Positions 17,062-24,866 of a stretch of DNA of 36,515 nt are shown piece after piece; positions within the stretch are counted from its first letter, which is position 1, and each line of letters starts with the position of its first letter. The notes beneath the pieces are model-generated. The model saw nothing but the letters and a program-made list of their open reading frames with translations, did no database searches and had not been told where the DNA came from. The stretch is taken from assembly GCA_964647495.1 (NCBI GenBank), contig CAZYHO010000002.1:1-36515 (forward strand), written 5' to 3'. The stretch is from an uncultured Akkermansia sp. Lineage in GTDB: Bacteria; Verrucomicrobiota; Verrucomicrobiia; Verrucomicrobiales; V1-33. Made by a program: the position numbers and the translations under genes.

Positions 17062-18561
17062 CTAGGGCAGCCCGAGCACCTCGGCGCAGTGGGCGGTGCG
17101 AACGCGGTGGCGGCAAGCATGAGCGGCGTGGCGGTCGTCGTCCAGATGGCCCGGCACGATGCGGGAGAGGCGGGCCCGGCTGTCGCTGTCGCGCAGGAGG
17201 TGCGGGAAGCATTTTTCGATGACCTCGAGGGCGATGGCCACGCAGACCGAGGCGCCGGGCGAGGCGCCGAGCAGGCTGCATAGCGAGCGATCGGCGGTGG
17301 TGATGACTTCGGTGCCGTAGTGAACGATGCCGGCTTTGCCGTCGGTTTTTTTGATCGCCTGGACGCGGATGCCGGCGACGCGCAGGGTCCAGTCCTCTTC
17401 GCGGGCCGCGGGATAAAACGTCCGCAGGAGACGCAAGCGGTTTTCCATCGTCTGCGTGCCCTGGTCGATGAGATAGCGGATGAGGTCCGGATTGCCGAGG
17501 CCGATGCGGACGAGGGCGCCGAGGTTGTGGGCGCGGATGGACCGCACCAGATCGAGCGGATTTCCGCTGCACTGGAGGAAACGGGTGGTCCACGCCGCGA
17601 AGGGTCCGAAGAGCAGGGATTTCCTGCCGTCGAGGACGCGTGTGTCCAGGTGAGGGACGGCCATGGTGGGCGCCTCCGGTTGCGGCTGGCCGTAGACTTT
17701 GGCCTGGTGGCGCGCGACGACATCCGGGTTCTCGCAAACGAGCCAGCGGCCTCCGATCGGGAACCCTCCGAGCCCGTGCGCCTCGGGCACGCCGGCTTTC
17801 TGGAGCAACAGCAGGCTGCCGCCGCCGGCGCCGATGAAGACGAAGCGGGCGGTGGTCTCGGTTGAGTCGGCCGCACCGGCCGCGGTGATGACGCAGCGCC
17901 AGCCGTCGGGGGTTTTCCGAAGGCCGGTGACGCGTGCTCCGGTGGCGACGTCGCATCCCGGCTGCCGGGCAAGCCAGGCGAAGAGCTGGCGCGCCAGCGA
18001 GCCGAAGTCGATATCGGTGCCGCCGGCGGCGCGCGTGGCGGCGACCGGGAATTGTTCGCGCTCCTCGACGAGCAGCGGCGCCCACGCGCCGATGGCCGCG
18101 GGGTCGGTGGTGAACTCCATGCCCTCGAAAAAATGGTGGGCGCGCAGCCCCTCGCTGCGGGCGCGCAGGAATCGGACGAAGTGGTCTCCGTGGACGAAGC
18201 TGATGTGGGGCGCCGGATGCAGGAAAGTGCGCGCGGGTCCGGTCAGGCCGTTTTCGACGGCGTGCGCCCAGAATTGTTTCGAGCGTTCGAATTGGGCGAA
18301 GATGTCGATCGCCTTTTCCACGCTGACCGTGCCATCCGCCGCCACCGCGGGGGTGTAGCTCAGCTCGCACAGCCCGGCGTGCCCGGTGCCGGCGTTATGC
18401 CAGCCGTGCGAACTCTCGGGCGCCAGCGAGTCCGCCGCCTCGAATACCTGGATGCGGAGGCGGGGATCCAGCAATTTGAGCAGCACCCCGAGATGCGCGG
18501 ACATCACCCCGCCGCCAATGAGGGCAATGCCAGGCGATGCGGAATCGGAAAGCGCGGACAC
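17062..18561 (-). CDS. mqo: malate:quinone oxidoreductase
   Basis: 499 aa. N-terminal FAD fold LIGGGVMSA.LG.LLK.L.P, then ESS.GWHNAGTGH.GLCEL.YTP and LLGASPGAS, all characteristic of the Mqo family. Confidence 0.93.
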   Translation of the reverse strand: MSALSDSASPGIALIGGGVMSAHLGVLLKLLDPRLRIQVFEAADSLAPESSHGWHNAGTGHAGLCELSYTPAVAADGTVSVEKAIDIFAQFERSKQFWAHAVENGLTGPARTFLHPAPHISFVHGDHFVRFLRARSEGLRAHHFFEGMEFTTDPAAIGAWAPLLVEEREQFPVAATRAAGGTDIDFGSLARQLFAWLARQPGCDVATGARVTGLRKTPDGWRCVITAAGAADSTETTARFVFIGAGGGSLLLLQKAGVPEAHGLGGFPIGGRWLVCENPDVVARHQAKVYGQPQPEAPTMAVPHLDTRVLDGRKSLLFGPFAAWTTRFLQCSGNPLDLVRSIRAHNLGALVRIGLGNPDLIRYLIDQGTQTMENRLRLLRTFYPAAREEDWTLRVAGIRVQAIKKTDGKAGIVHYGTEVITTADRSLCSLLGASPGASVCVAIALEVIEKCFPHLLRDSDSRARLSRIVPGHLDDDRHAAHACRHRVRTAHCAEVLGLP

Positions 18562-18612
18562 GGGTGAAGCGAAGCATTCCGCCGGGCATGCGCGCCGGCC
18601 AGCGGAAAAGTG

Positions 18613-18718
18613 ATGGGGATGGGAGGATGGGGCCTATGGGCTCATGGGCTTATGGGCCGCATACGCCCCATGCCCCAAGAACCAAGAACCATGAACCAAG
18701 AACCAAGAACCAAGAACC
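18613..18718 (+). repeat. composite tandem-repeat element: ATGGG-core block (18613..18676) followed by six heptamers (A/T)AGAACC/ATGAACC (18677..18718)
   Basis: The sequence reads ATGGGG ATGGGAGG ATGGGGCCT ATGGGCTC ATGGGCTT ATGGGCCGC ATACGCCCCATGCCCC, then AAGAACC AAGAACC ATGAACC AAGAACC AAGAACC AAGAACC. It lies in the pyk-mqo spacer. It is related to the element at 27507..27653. Confidence 0.85.
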
Positions 18719-18734
18719 GCGAGCCATGCCCCCC

Positions 18735-20147
18735 TCAGACCCGTCGCAGAAGCACGGAATCGGCCACGAACTCGCCGACGAGGACATCACTGATCGTGAT
18801 GACTGGTTCGCCGGTCTTGAGCAGGCCGCGGCGGGTGAGGAGGGCGAGGGCGGTCTCGATGGTCGCGTGCGGGTCGTCTTTGCGGAAGTCGAGCACGAAC
18901 GGATGCACGCCGCGCGTGAGGTGGAGAGAGCGGGCGACGTCGACATCCGGCGTGAAGGCGAAGATGGGCGCCGATCTCGGGCGCAGATGCGCGGTGTGCT
19001 CGGCCATGACGCCGCGTTTGGTGAAGACGAGGAGCCGTGCATCGTCCAGGGATCCGGCCAGCCCGACGGCGGCGCGGACGATTTTTTGTTTGTCGGTGCG
19101 CAGTTCGGCGCGATCGGCGGGGCAGGGTTCGTCGCGGCTGGCCAGTTCGGCGCGGCGGGCGATGCGGTCGAGGATTTCGACGCAGAGGACGGGGTATTTC
19201 CCCACGCTGGTCTCGCCGCTGAGCATGATGGCGTCGGCCATTTCGAAAACAGCGTTGGCGGCATCGGTCATCTCGGCGCGCGTCGGCACCGGCGCGGCGA
19301 TCATGCTTTCGAGCATGTGCGTGGCTACGATCACTTTTCTGCCGAAACGCAGGCACTTGGCGACGATCTCGCGCTGGATGATCGGCAGCTCCTCGATGGG
19401 CACCTCGATCCCGAGATCGCCGCGCGCGACCATGATGGCGTCCGCCGCGGCGATGATGCTGTCGATGTTTTCGACCGCCGACTGGTCCTCGATCTTGGCG
19501 ACGATGCGCGCCGGGCACGCTTTGGCGCGAAGCAGGCCGCGCAGCTCGTGCACATGCGCCGCATCCCGCACGAAACTCATCGCCACAAAGTCGAGGCCCA
19601 GCTCCGCGGCGAGATCGATGCAGCTCCGGTCGTGTTCGGTGAGCGCGGGCAGATTGACGCGTGTGCCGGGCAGGTTGATGTGGCGCCGGGACGCGAACCG
19701 CCCGCCGGCCAGCACGCGGCAAATGAGGCGCTCGTCATCTTTGCTCACCACCTGGAAATGCAGCACCCCGTTGTCGACAAGCACCGTGGCGCCGACGTGC
19801 AGGTCGCCGGCCAGCCCGGGGTAATTCGTGGTCGTGGAAATCGGGCGCGTCGGCGCGGCGCCGGGCTGCCGGATCTCCACTTCATCACCGGGCACGAGAT
19901 CGACCGGCTCGGGCAGCTCGCCGGTGCGGATCGCCGGCCCCTGCAGATCCATGAGCAGGGCGACATCGGTGTCGAGCGCGCGGGCCGCCTCGCGCACCTG
20001 GGCGACATGGCGGCGGACGGTGTCGGGCGGCGCGTGGCTCATGTTCAGCCGGAAAACATTGGCGCCGGCCGCGATCAGCGCGCGCTGGATGTCCGGAGTG
20101 TCGGTGGCGGGACCGAGAGTCGCGATGATTTTGGTTTTGCGAAGCAT
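18735..20147 (-). CDS. pyk: pyruvate kinase
   Basis: 470 aa. Starts MLRKTKIIATLGPA, followed by NMSHG-like NMSHA. Also contains MVARGDLG.E.P.E..P..Q and the C-terminal regulatory domain. Confidence 0.96.
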   Translation of the reverse strand: MLRKTKIIATLGPATDTPDIQRALIAAGANVFRLNMSHAPPDTVRRHVAQVREAARALDTDVALLMDLQGPAIRTGELPEPVDLVPGDEVEIRQPGAAPTRPISTTTNYPGLAGDLHVGATVLVDNGVLHFQVVSKDDERLICRVLAGGRFASRRHINLPGTRVNLPALTEHDRSCIDLAAELGLDFVAMSFVRDAAHVHELRGLLRAKACPARIVAKIEDQSAVENIDSIIAAADAIMVARGDLGIEVPIEELPIIQREIVAKCLRFGRKVIVATHMLESMIAAPVPTRAEMTDAANAVFEMADAIMLSGETSVGKYPVLCVEILDRIARRAELASRDEPCPADRAELRTDKQKIVRAAVGLAGSLDDARLLVFTKRGVMAEHTAHLRPRSAPIFAFTPDVDVARSLHLTRGVHPFVLDFRKDDPHATIETALALLTRRGLLKTGEPVITISDVLVGEFVADSVLLRRV

Positions 20148-20213
20148 GAGCAGCGGAAGCCGGAAGATGAACCGGGGCTCAAGGAATTCGAGGGAGATTG
20201 CGCCTCACTCCGC

Positions 20214-20267
20214 CATCCCTTTCGTCTCTCAGGTCCTTTTCGTCCTTCTGGTCCCTTACCTCCCTTT
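20214..20267. repeat. degenerate 9-nt periodic pyrimidine-rich tract
   Basis: The tract reads CATCCCTTT CGTCTCTCA GGTCCTTTT CGTCCTTCT GGTCCCTTA CCTCCCTTT. It lies in the divergent spacer between pyk (start 20147, minus) and the sigma-factor gene (start 20341, plus). The units are imperfect. Confidence 0.45.
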
Positions 20268-20340
20268 CCCTCAAAGCCGCCCCCGAGCCCCCTCGCGGAG
20301 CGTGTTGACCGCGCGGGTGGTTGGCCTGAGGTTGCGGCGC

Positions 20341-21054
20341 ATGAACCCGGCCCCGGAGCACAGCGGCTTGCGCACGCGGTGGAGCCTCCTCCAGGGGCTT
20401 CATGGCGGCGGCGACGCGGAGCGGGCGGCGGCGATGAAGTGGTTCGCAGAGGCGTACTGGCCGGCCATTTACGCCTACATCCGCAAGTCCGGCCACAGCC
20501 CGGAGGACGCGTGTGACCTGACGCAGTCATTCTTCGAGCATGTGCTCAGCGAAAGCCTGGTGGACAAGGCCGACCGCGCCCGCGGACGGCTGCGCACCCT
20601 GGTCATGATCGCCCTGAAGCGTTTCCTTGTGGACGAGTACCGGCAGGCCACCGCACAGCGCCGCGGCGGCGGAGCTGTCATGCTTTCGCTCGACGTGGCG
20701 CAGGCCGAGGGCTGGTACGGCACGGAGCCGGTGGATACGCTGACGCCCGAGGCCCATTTCAATCGGCGCTGGCTCGCCTCGCTGCTGCGCCAGGCGATAG
20801 CCGCAGTGCGCGCCGATCACGCGCTGCGTGGCGTGTGCTCGACGTTCGAGAGGTTGCTGCCGATCGCGCTCTCACCGGGTGAGCGCCGCGAAAACGGCGC
20901 CGGACCGCTCAGCGGCGCGGACCGCGCGGCCGCCCACCGGCTGCGCCAGCAACTGCGCCAGCGCCTGCTCGGGCTCGTCTCCGAGCTGCTCGAGACGCCC
21001 ACCGAGGAGGCCGCCCGCGCCGAACTCAGCTTTCTGCTCGGCGGCGGAGTCTGA
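20341..21054 (+). CDS. ECF-type sigma-70 family factor (kinase-associated subtype, by resemblance)
   Basis: In-frame ATG at 20341 of track ORF 19828..21054. TRWSLLQGL start, region-2-like YWPAIYAYIRKSGHSPEDACDLTQSFFEHVL, and RGRLRTLVMIALKRFLVDEYRQATAQRRGGG. The C-terminal AAAHRLRQQLRQRLLGLVSELLETPTEEAARAELSFLLG resembles sigma factors that I recall as being encoded next to Ser/Thr kinases in PVC and myxobacterial genomes. Confidence 0.75.
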   Translation: MNPAPEHSGLRTRWSLLQGLHGGGDAERAAAMKWFAEAYWPAIYAYIRKSGHSPEDACDLTQSFFEHVLSESLVDKADRARGRLRTLVMIALKRFLVDEYRQATAQRRGGGAVMLSLDVAQAEGWYGTEPVDTLTPEAHFNRRWLASLLRQAIAAVRADHALRGVCSTFERLLPIALSPGERRENGAGPLSGADRAAAHRLRQQLRQRLLGLVSELLETPTEEAARAELSFLLGGGV

Positions 21055-21065
21055 GGACAGGCTAT

Positions 21066-23312
21066 TCAGTCCGGAGCCTTGGGGGGCGGGTTTGGGGTGG
21101 CGGCGGCGGAAACGCCGAGCGGGCGGATGTCGAGCGACCGGATAAGCGGCCAGACTTTTTCAAAGTGCATGCCGAGGAGGATGAGGCAGGGCTGGCCGGC
21201 CTCCACCCCGAGGTCCGGCAGATCCTGGACCGCCTCGGCGAGAAAAACGCCGGAGTGAATCCATGAATCATGACGGAACACCTCGGGGCCGCTGATGACG
21301 CGGAGCCGGTTCCGGTCCAGTTCCGGAGACTGATCCTTGACGAGCGCCGCAAGGGTTTCGCGGACGCGGGTGTGGCCGCGGTAATAGTGACGGCGCTCGA
21401 AGAAACCAGGCAGGAAGTTGCTGTTCTCGGGCGTCAGTGTTTCGAAGATGAGCCTGGCCATCTTGAAGAGCGAAAGGCGGACCTCCGCGGCGTTCGGCGG
21501 GATGATCGCGCTTCCGGTCTTGCGGAGGCGATGAATGCGGAGCGGGCTGCCTTCCTCGGCGGCGATCTCGAGGCGCAGCACGGACTCCAGCTTGCCGAAA
21601 CGGTGCCCGGTGCCGAACCGGCTCCAGATCACGGCGATCGCCTCGCGGCGGCCGGATGCGAGCGTGCGCACCATCGGTGTCCCGAGGAGCTGCGTGTACA
21701 TGTGCGGGTATTCCCGCACGTAAGCGCTCCATTTCGTCTTGAACCGGCCGTCGTCGAAGCGGCCGATGTTGAGATAACCTGTCTCGTCATTGGCGATGTC
21801 GATGTGGGCGTCATCGGCGAGTTCGGGAGCGCGCGGCGAGTCGCTGTCGTAGCTGCGCAAATGGCATTCGGCGAATCGGGCGATGCGCAGTTCCAGCGCG
21901 GCGGGATCGAGACCGGACTCGAGCGGCCGGTCGATTTCCGCGGCTTCGGCGGCCGAAAGCGGCGGCCGGATGGTGGCTAGCGGAGAGAGGCAGAGGCTGG
22001 GGAGCGCTTCGACGGCGGGCGAGCGGCGCGCGATCACGGCGGTTTCGAGGCCGGGCAGGTCTTCCAGAAACTCTTTTTCTTGCAGCGGATCCGGACGGTC
22101 CGCGTATTCATCGCGGGGCTCGGCGGCGGGAGGTGGGGACGCGGGAGCGGGTGAGGGGGAAGGGCGGGCTTTCCAGGCTATGCCCGCCGCCAGGCCGAGC
22201 CCGAGCGAGCCGGCCGAGAGCACCCAGGCGCGGCGGGAAATGGCGGAGACATCAGGCGCGGCGGCCGCGGCATCCGGATCCTCGGCGCCGGATGGTTTGA
22301 GCGCGCGGCGCAGTTCATCGGCGAACGTCTGCGCTGTTTGCGTGCGCGCTTCGACATTGTCGGCCAAGTTGTGGCGCAGCAACTCGCACACACCCTGCGG
22401 CGTCGAAGCGGGCAACTGGCGCCAGGATCCGGCTGACGGCGTGGCGTGAACGGCCTTGCTGGAGACCGGGCGGGCTGCGGGACGGCGTCCGGTCAGCATT
22501 TCCTGAAGGATCAAGGCGAGGGCATAAAGGTCGGCGCGGCGGTCGACGACGGCGGTTCCGCCGGCCTGTTCCGGGGCCATGTAGGCCGGTGTGCCGACGG
22601 TGCCGACGGTGCTGCCGGTGCGCGCCGACTTGGCGCCGGTGGCCGCAAATCCGGCGGCGCGTCCGCCGAGCCGGGCCAGTCCGAAGTCGGCCAATTTCGG
22701 CTGGCCGTCGGTGGTCAGCAGGATGTTTTCCGGCTTGAGGTCGCGGTGGACGACGCAGTGGTCGTGGGCGTGCTGGAGGGCGGAGCAGAGTGGCAGGATG
22801 ATGGCGGCGGCTTCTTCGGCCGAGAGCGCCCCGCGGCGTTCGAGCAAATGGCGCAGCGTGGTGCCCTCGACCCATTCGAGCAGCAGATACAGCCTGCCGC
22901 TCAGTGTGCGCCCGAAGTCGAGCACGCGCACGATGCCTGGGTGGTCGAGGCGCGCCATGCTGCCGGCTTCCTCGCGCAGGGCGGCCTCGTACGCCGGGTC
23001 GTCCTCGTGGTCGTTGCGGATGATTTTGACGGCCACGTCGCGGTCGAGGCTCAATTGCCTTCCTTTGAGCACAGTGCCCATGCCGCCGCTTCCCTTGATC
23101 AAGAGGAGGTCGACACCCGGCACGACGTCGTCGAAAACCTCCGCGCTCGGGGCCGGCGGCGGCGGGGTTTCCTCCCCCGTCAGCGGATCCATGGCGAGCA
23201 GGCTGCCGACCGCGCAGCGCGGGCACAACGCCACGCCGGCATCCTCCACCATCCGTCCCCCGCAGGCCGAACACGCCGGCGCCGGCTCGATGACAGGGGC
23301 TTCGGAGAGCAT
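21066..23312 (-). CDS. membrane Ser/Thr protein kinase with N-terminal Cys4 motif and large C-terminal extracytoplasmic domain of unknown function
   Basis: 748 aa. CSACGG-x11-CPRC at aa 13-33. Hanks kinase motifs GSGGMGTV, VAVKII, HRDLKPENIL, LADFG and TPAYMAPE at aa ~65-335. One predicted TM helix (AWVLSAGSLGLGLAAGIAW, aa ~362-380). A ~350-aa C-terminal region has no motif I recognise. Confidence 0.9.
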   Translation of the reverse strand: MLSEAPVIEPAPACSACGGRMVEDAGVALCPRCAVGSLLAMDPLTGEETPPPPAPSAEVFDDVVPGVDLLLIKGSGGMGTVLKGRQLSLDRDVAVKIIRNDHEDDPAYEAALREEAGSMARLDHPGIVRVLDFGRTLSGRLYLLLEWVEGTTLRHLLERRGALSAEEAAAIILPLCSALQHAHDHCVVHRDLKPENILLTTDGQPKLADFGLARLGGRAAGFAATGAKSARTGSTVGTVGTPAYMAPEQAGGTAVVDRRADLYALALILQEMLTGRRPAARPVSSKAVHATPSAGSWRQLPASTPQGVCELLRHNLADNVEARTQTAQTFADELRRALKPSGAEDPDAAAAAPDVSAISRRAWVLSAGSLGLGLAAGIAWKARPSPSPAPASPPPAAEPRDEYADRPDPLQEKEFLEDLPGLETAVIARRSPAVEALPSLCLSPLATIRPPLSAAEAAEIDRPLESGLDPAALELRIARFAECHLRSYDSDSPRAPELADDAHIDIANDETGYLNIGRFDDGRFKTKWSAYVREYPHMYTQLLGTPMVRTLASGRREAIAVIWSRFGTGHRFGKLESVLRLEIAAEEGSPLRIHRLRKTGSAIIPPNAAEVRLSLFKMARLIFETLTPENSNFLPGFFERRHYYRGHTRVRETLAALVKDQSPELDRNRLRVISGPEVFRHDSWIHSGVFLAEAVQDLPDLGVEAGQPCLILLGMHFEKVWPLIRSLDIRPLGVSAAATPNPPPKAPD

Positions 23313-23372
23313 GATGGCTGGTGGGTTGACCGGTGGACCAGCGGGCCGCTTTCGCGGCGAAATGTGCTGCGG

Positions 23373-23855
23373 CTATTCCTTGGCCGGAGCCGGGCCGTCG
23401 AAATGCGGAAGATAATCCTGGTAACCTTCCTCGGCGAGTTTTTCCTTCGGGATGAAGCGCAGGGAGGCGGAGTTCATGCAGTAGCGCAGCCCGGTCGGCG
23501 GCGGCCCGTCATCGAAGACATGGCCGAGATGCGTGTCCGCGGATCTGGTGCGCACTTCGGTGCGCACACCGTACAGACTCCGGTCCTCCCTGGTGACGAT
23601 TTCCTCGGCCGTTTCGGCGGCGTCGAGCGGATTGGTGAAGCTCGGCCAGCCGGTGCCGCTGTCGAATTTGTCCCGCGACGAAAAGAGCGGCCGACCCGAA
23701 ACGATGCACACGTACAATCCTTCCTGGTGGTTGTTCCAGTATTCGTTCTGAAACGCCCTCTCCGTGCCCTCTTCGCGGACCACTTGCCACTGGAGCGGCG
23801 TCAGCTTTTCCTTGAGTTCCTCGTCGGGCGGCACAGTGTAGCTGCGGCGTTTCAT
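23373..23855 (-). CDS. msrB: peptide-methionine (R)-S-oxide reductase MsrB
   Basis: 160-aa form starting [35 protein letters not shown], then Y.C...[16 protein letters not shown] and RTEV.....D.HLGHVF.DGP.PTG.RYC.NS..L.F. The start is uncertain. The ORF stays open upstream through the 9-mer array to a signal-like [23 protein letters not shown] at 24107. Confidence 0.85.
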   Translation of the reverse strand: MKRRSYTVPPDEELKEKLTPLQWQVVREEGTERAFQNEYWNNHQEGLYVCIVSGRPLFSSRDKFDSGTGWPSFTNPLDAAETAEEIVTREDRSLYGVRTEVRTRSADTHLGHVFDDGPPPTGLRYCMNSASLRFIPKEKLAEEGYQDYLPHFDGPAPAKE

Positions 23856-23897
23856 GGGGGTTGGGGGATTTGCGGTGGTGGTGGTGTGGGGAGGCCT

Positions 23898-23996
23898 GTC
23901 AGATTTGTCAGATCCGACAGATCCGACAGATCCGTCTGATCCGTCTGATCCGTCTGATCCGTCTGACCTGTCTGACCTGTCTGACCCGTCAGCCGA
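23898..23996 (+). repeat. tandem 9-mer array, ~11 units (GTCAGATCC / GACAGATCC / GTCTGATCC / GTCTGACCT variants)
   Basis: The units read GTCAGATTT GTCAGATCC GACAGATCC GACAGATCC GTCTGATCC x3 GTCTGACCT x2 GTCTGACCC GTCAGCCGA. Six GATC sites fall exactly 9 nt apart (23911, 23920, 23929, 23938, 23947, 23956). Same unit family, in inverse orientation, as 9971..10006. Confidence 0.9.
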
Positions 23997-24224
23997 AAGA
24001 ACCGCCTGAGTCTGCTTCTGTGAGGAAACCGGGGAATCGCACGAGGCGCAGGCGAGGGCGAGCAGCGTAGCGGCCCACGACGCAGACGGATGGGACAACT
24101 GGGTCATCCCGCCCACCATACCCCTCCGCGGGAGAAGCACAACGGACCGATTCCCCAATTGCATGTTGGGAGCTTGCGCCGAAAAGTGGCCCCTTTCCGG
24201 CCGGGATCCCGGCCGGTCCGCTGC

Positions 24225-24854
24225 ATGATCGCGATTCCGGACAAACTCAAAACGTTTCTCGTCTTCGGCGCGCCGGGGAGCGGGAAAGGAACCATCGGCA
24301 AGGCCCTGGGAGCCATCCCGCGGTTTTTCCACCAGGCGTGTGGCGATGTCTTCCGCACGCTCGACACACGCACGCCGCTCGGGCAGGAATTCATCCGTTA
24401 TTCATCCCGCGGGCAACTGGTCCCCGACGAATTGACCGTGCAGCTCTGGAAAGCGCGCATCGACGACGAGGTGCGCACCCACCGCTTCAAGCCGGACATT
24501 GATTTTCTGGTGCTGGACGGCATTCCGCGGAACGTGGCCCAGGCGGCGCTCATGGACAACCACATCGACGTGCTCCAGGTCTTTCACCTTTCCTGCCCGA
24601 ACCGCGACGAGCTGTGCCGCCGCCTGCGCAAGCGCGCCCTGAAGGAAAACCGCTGGGACGACGCCAGCGACGAGACCATCGCCCGCCGCATCCGCACCTA
24701 CGAGGAGGCGAGCAAACCGATGCTCAATTATTACCACAAGCACATCGTCATGGAAATCGACGCCTCGCGCTCCCCGGTCCAGGTGCTCTGTGACATCCTC
24801 AACCGCGTGAGCCATCGGCCCGACTGGATGGAGCATATCCGCGAGGAGAAGTGA
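24225..24854 (+). CDS. adk: adenylate kinase family protein (short-LID type)
   Basis: In-frame ATG at 24225 of track ORF 24090..24854. P-loop [10 protein letters not shown], then [41 protein letters not shown] and IDASRSP. These align by eye with E. coli Adk, but no Cys4 or long LID insert is present. Confidence 0.8.
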   Translation: MIAIPDKLKTFLVFGAPGSGKGTIGKALGAIPRFFHQACGDVFRTLDTRTPLGQEFIRYSSRGQLVPDELTVQLWKARIDDEVRTHRFKPDIDFLVLDGIPRNVAQAALMDNHIDVLQVFHLSCPNRDELCRRLRKRALKENRWDDASDETIARRIRTYEEASKPMLNYYHKHIVMEIDASRSPVQVLCDILNRVSHRPDWMEHIREEK

Positions 24855-24866
24855 GCCACACGCCCG

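Noticed and set aside
16919-18370. 483-aa minus-strand ORF in another frame of mqo; also the plus-strand ORFs 17320..17865 and 17699..18358
   Set aside because: The 483-aa product is extremely Arg/Pro-rich (RPRRP-type), typical of an off-frame translation of GC-rich coding DNA. The Mqo frame has clear family motifs.
18537-20516. 659-aa and 404-aa plus-strand ORFs opposite pyk
   Set aside because: They are antisense to pyruvate kinase. The N-terminal part merely translates the intergenic repeat (PRTKNHEPRTKNQEPR).
23861-24070. 69-aa plus-strand ORF ([19 protein letters not shown]...)
   Set aside because: It is a translation of the 9-mer array on the strand opposite msrB. Low-complexity artefact.
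24108-24332. Further upstream extension of the msrB ORF ([10 protein letters not shown]...)
   Set aside because: It would overlap the adk start region (24225). It has no signal or domain features. The only extension worth considering starts at 24107.
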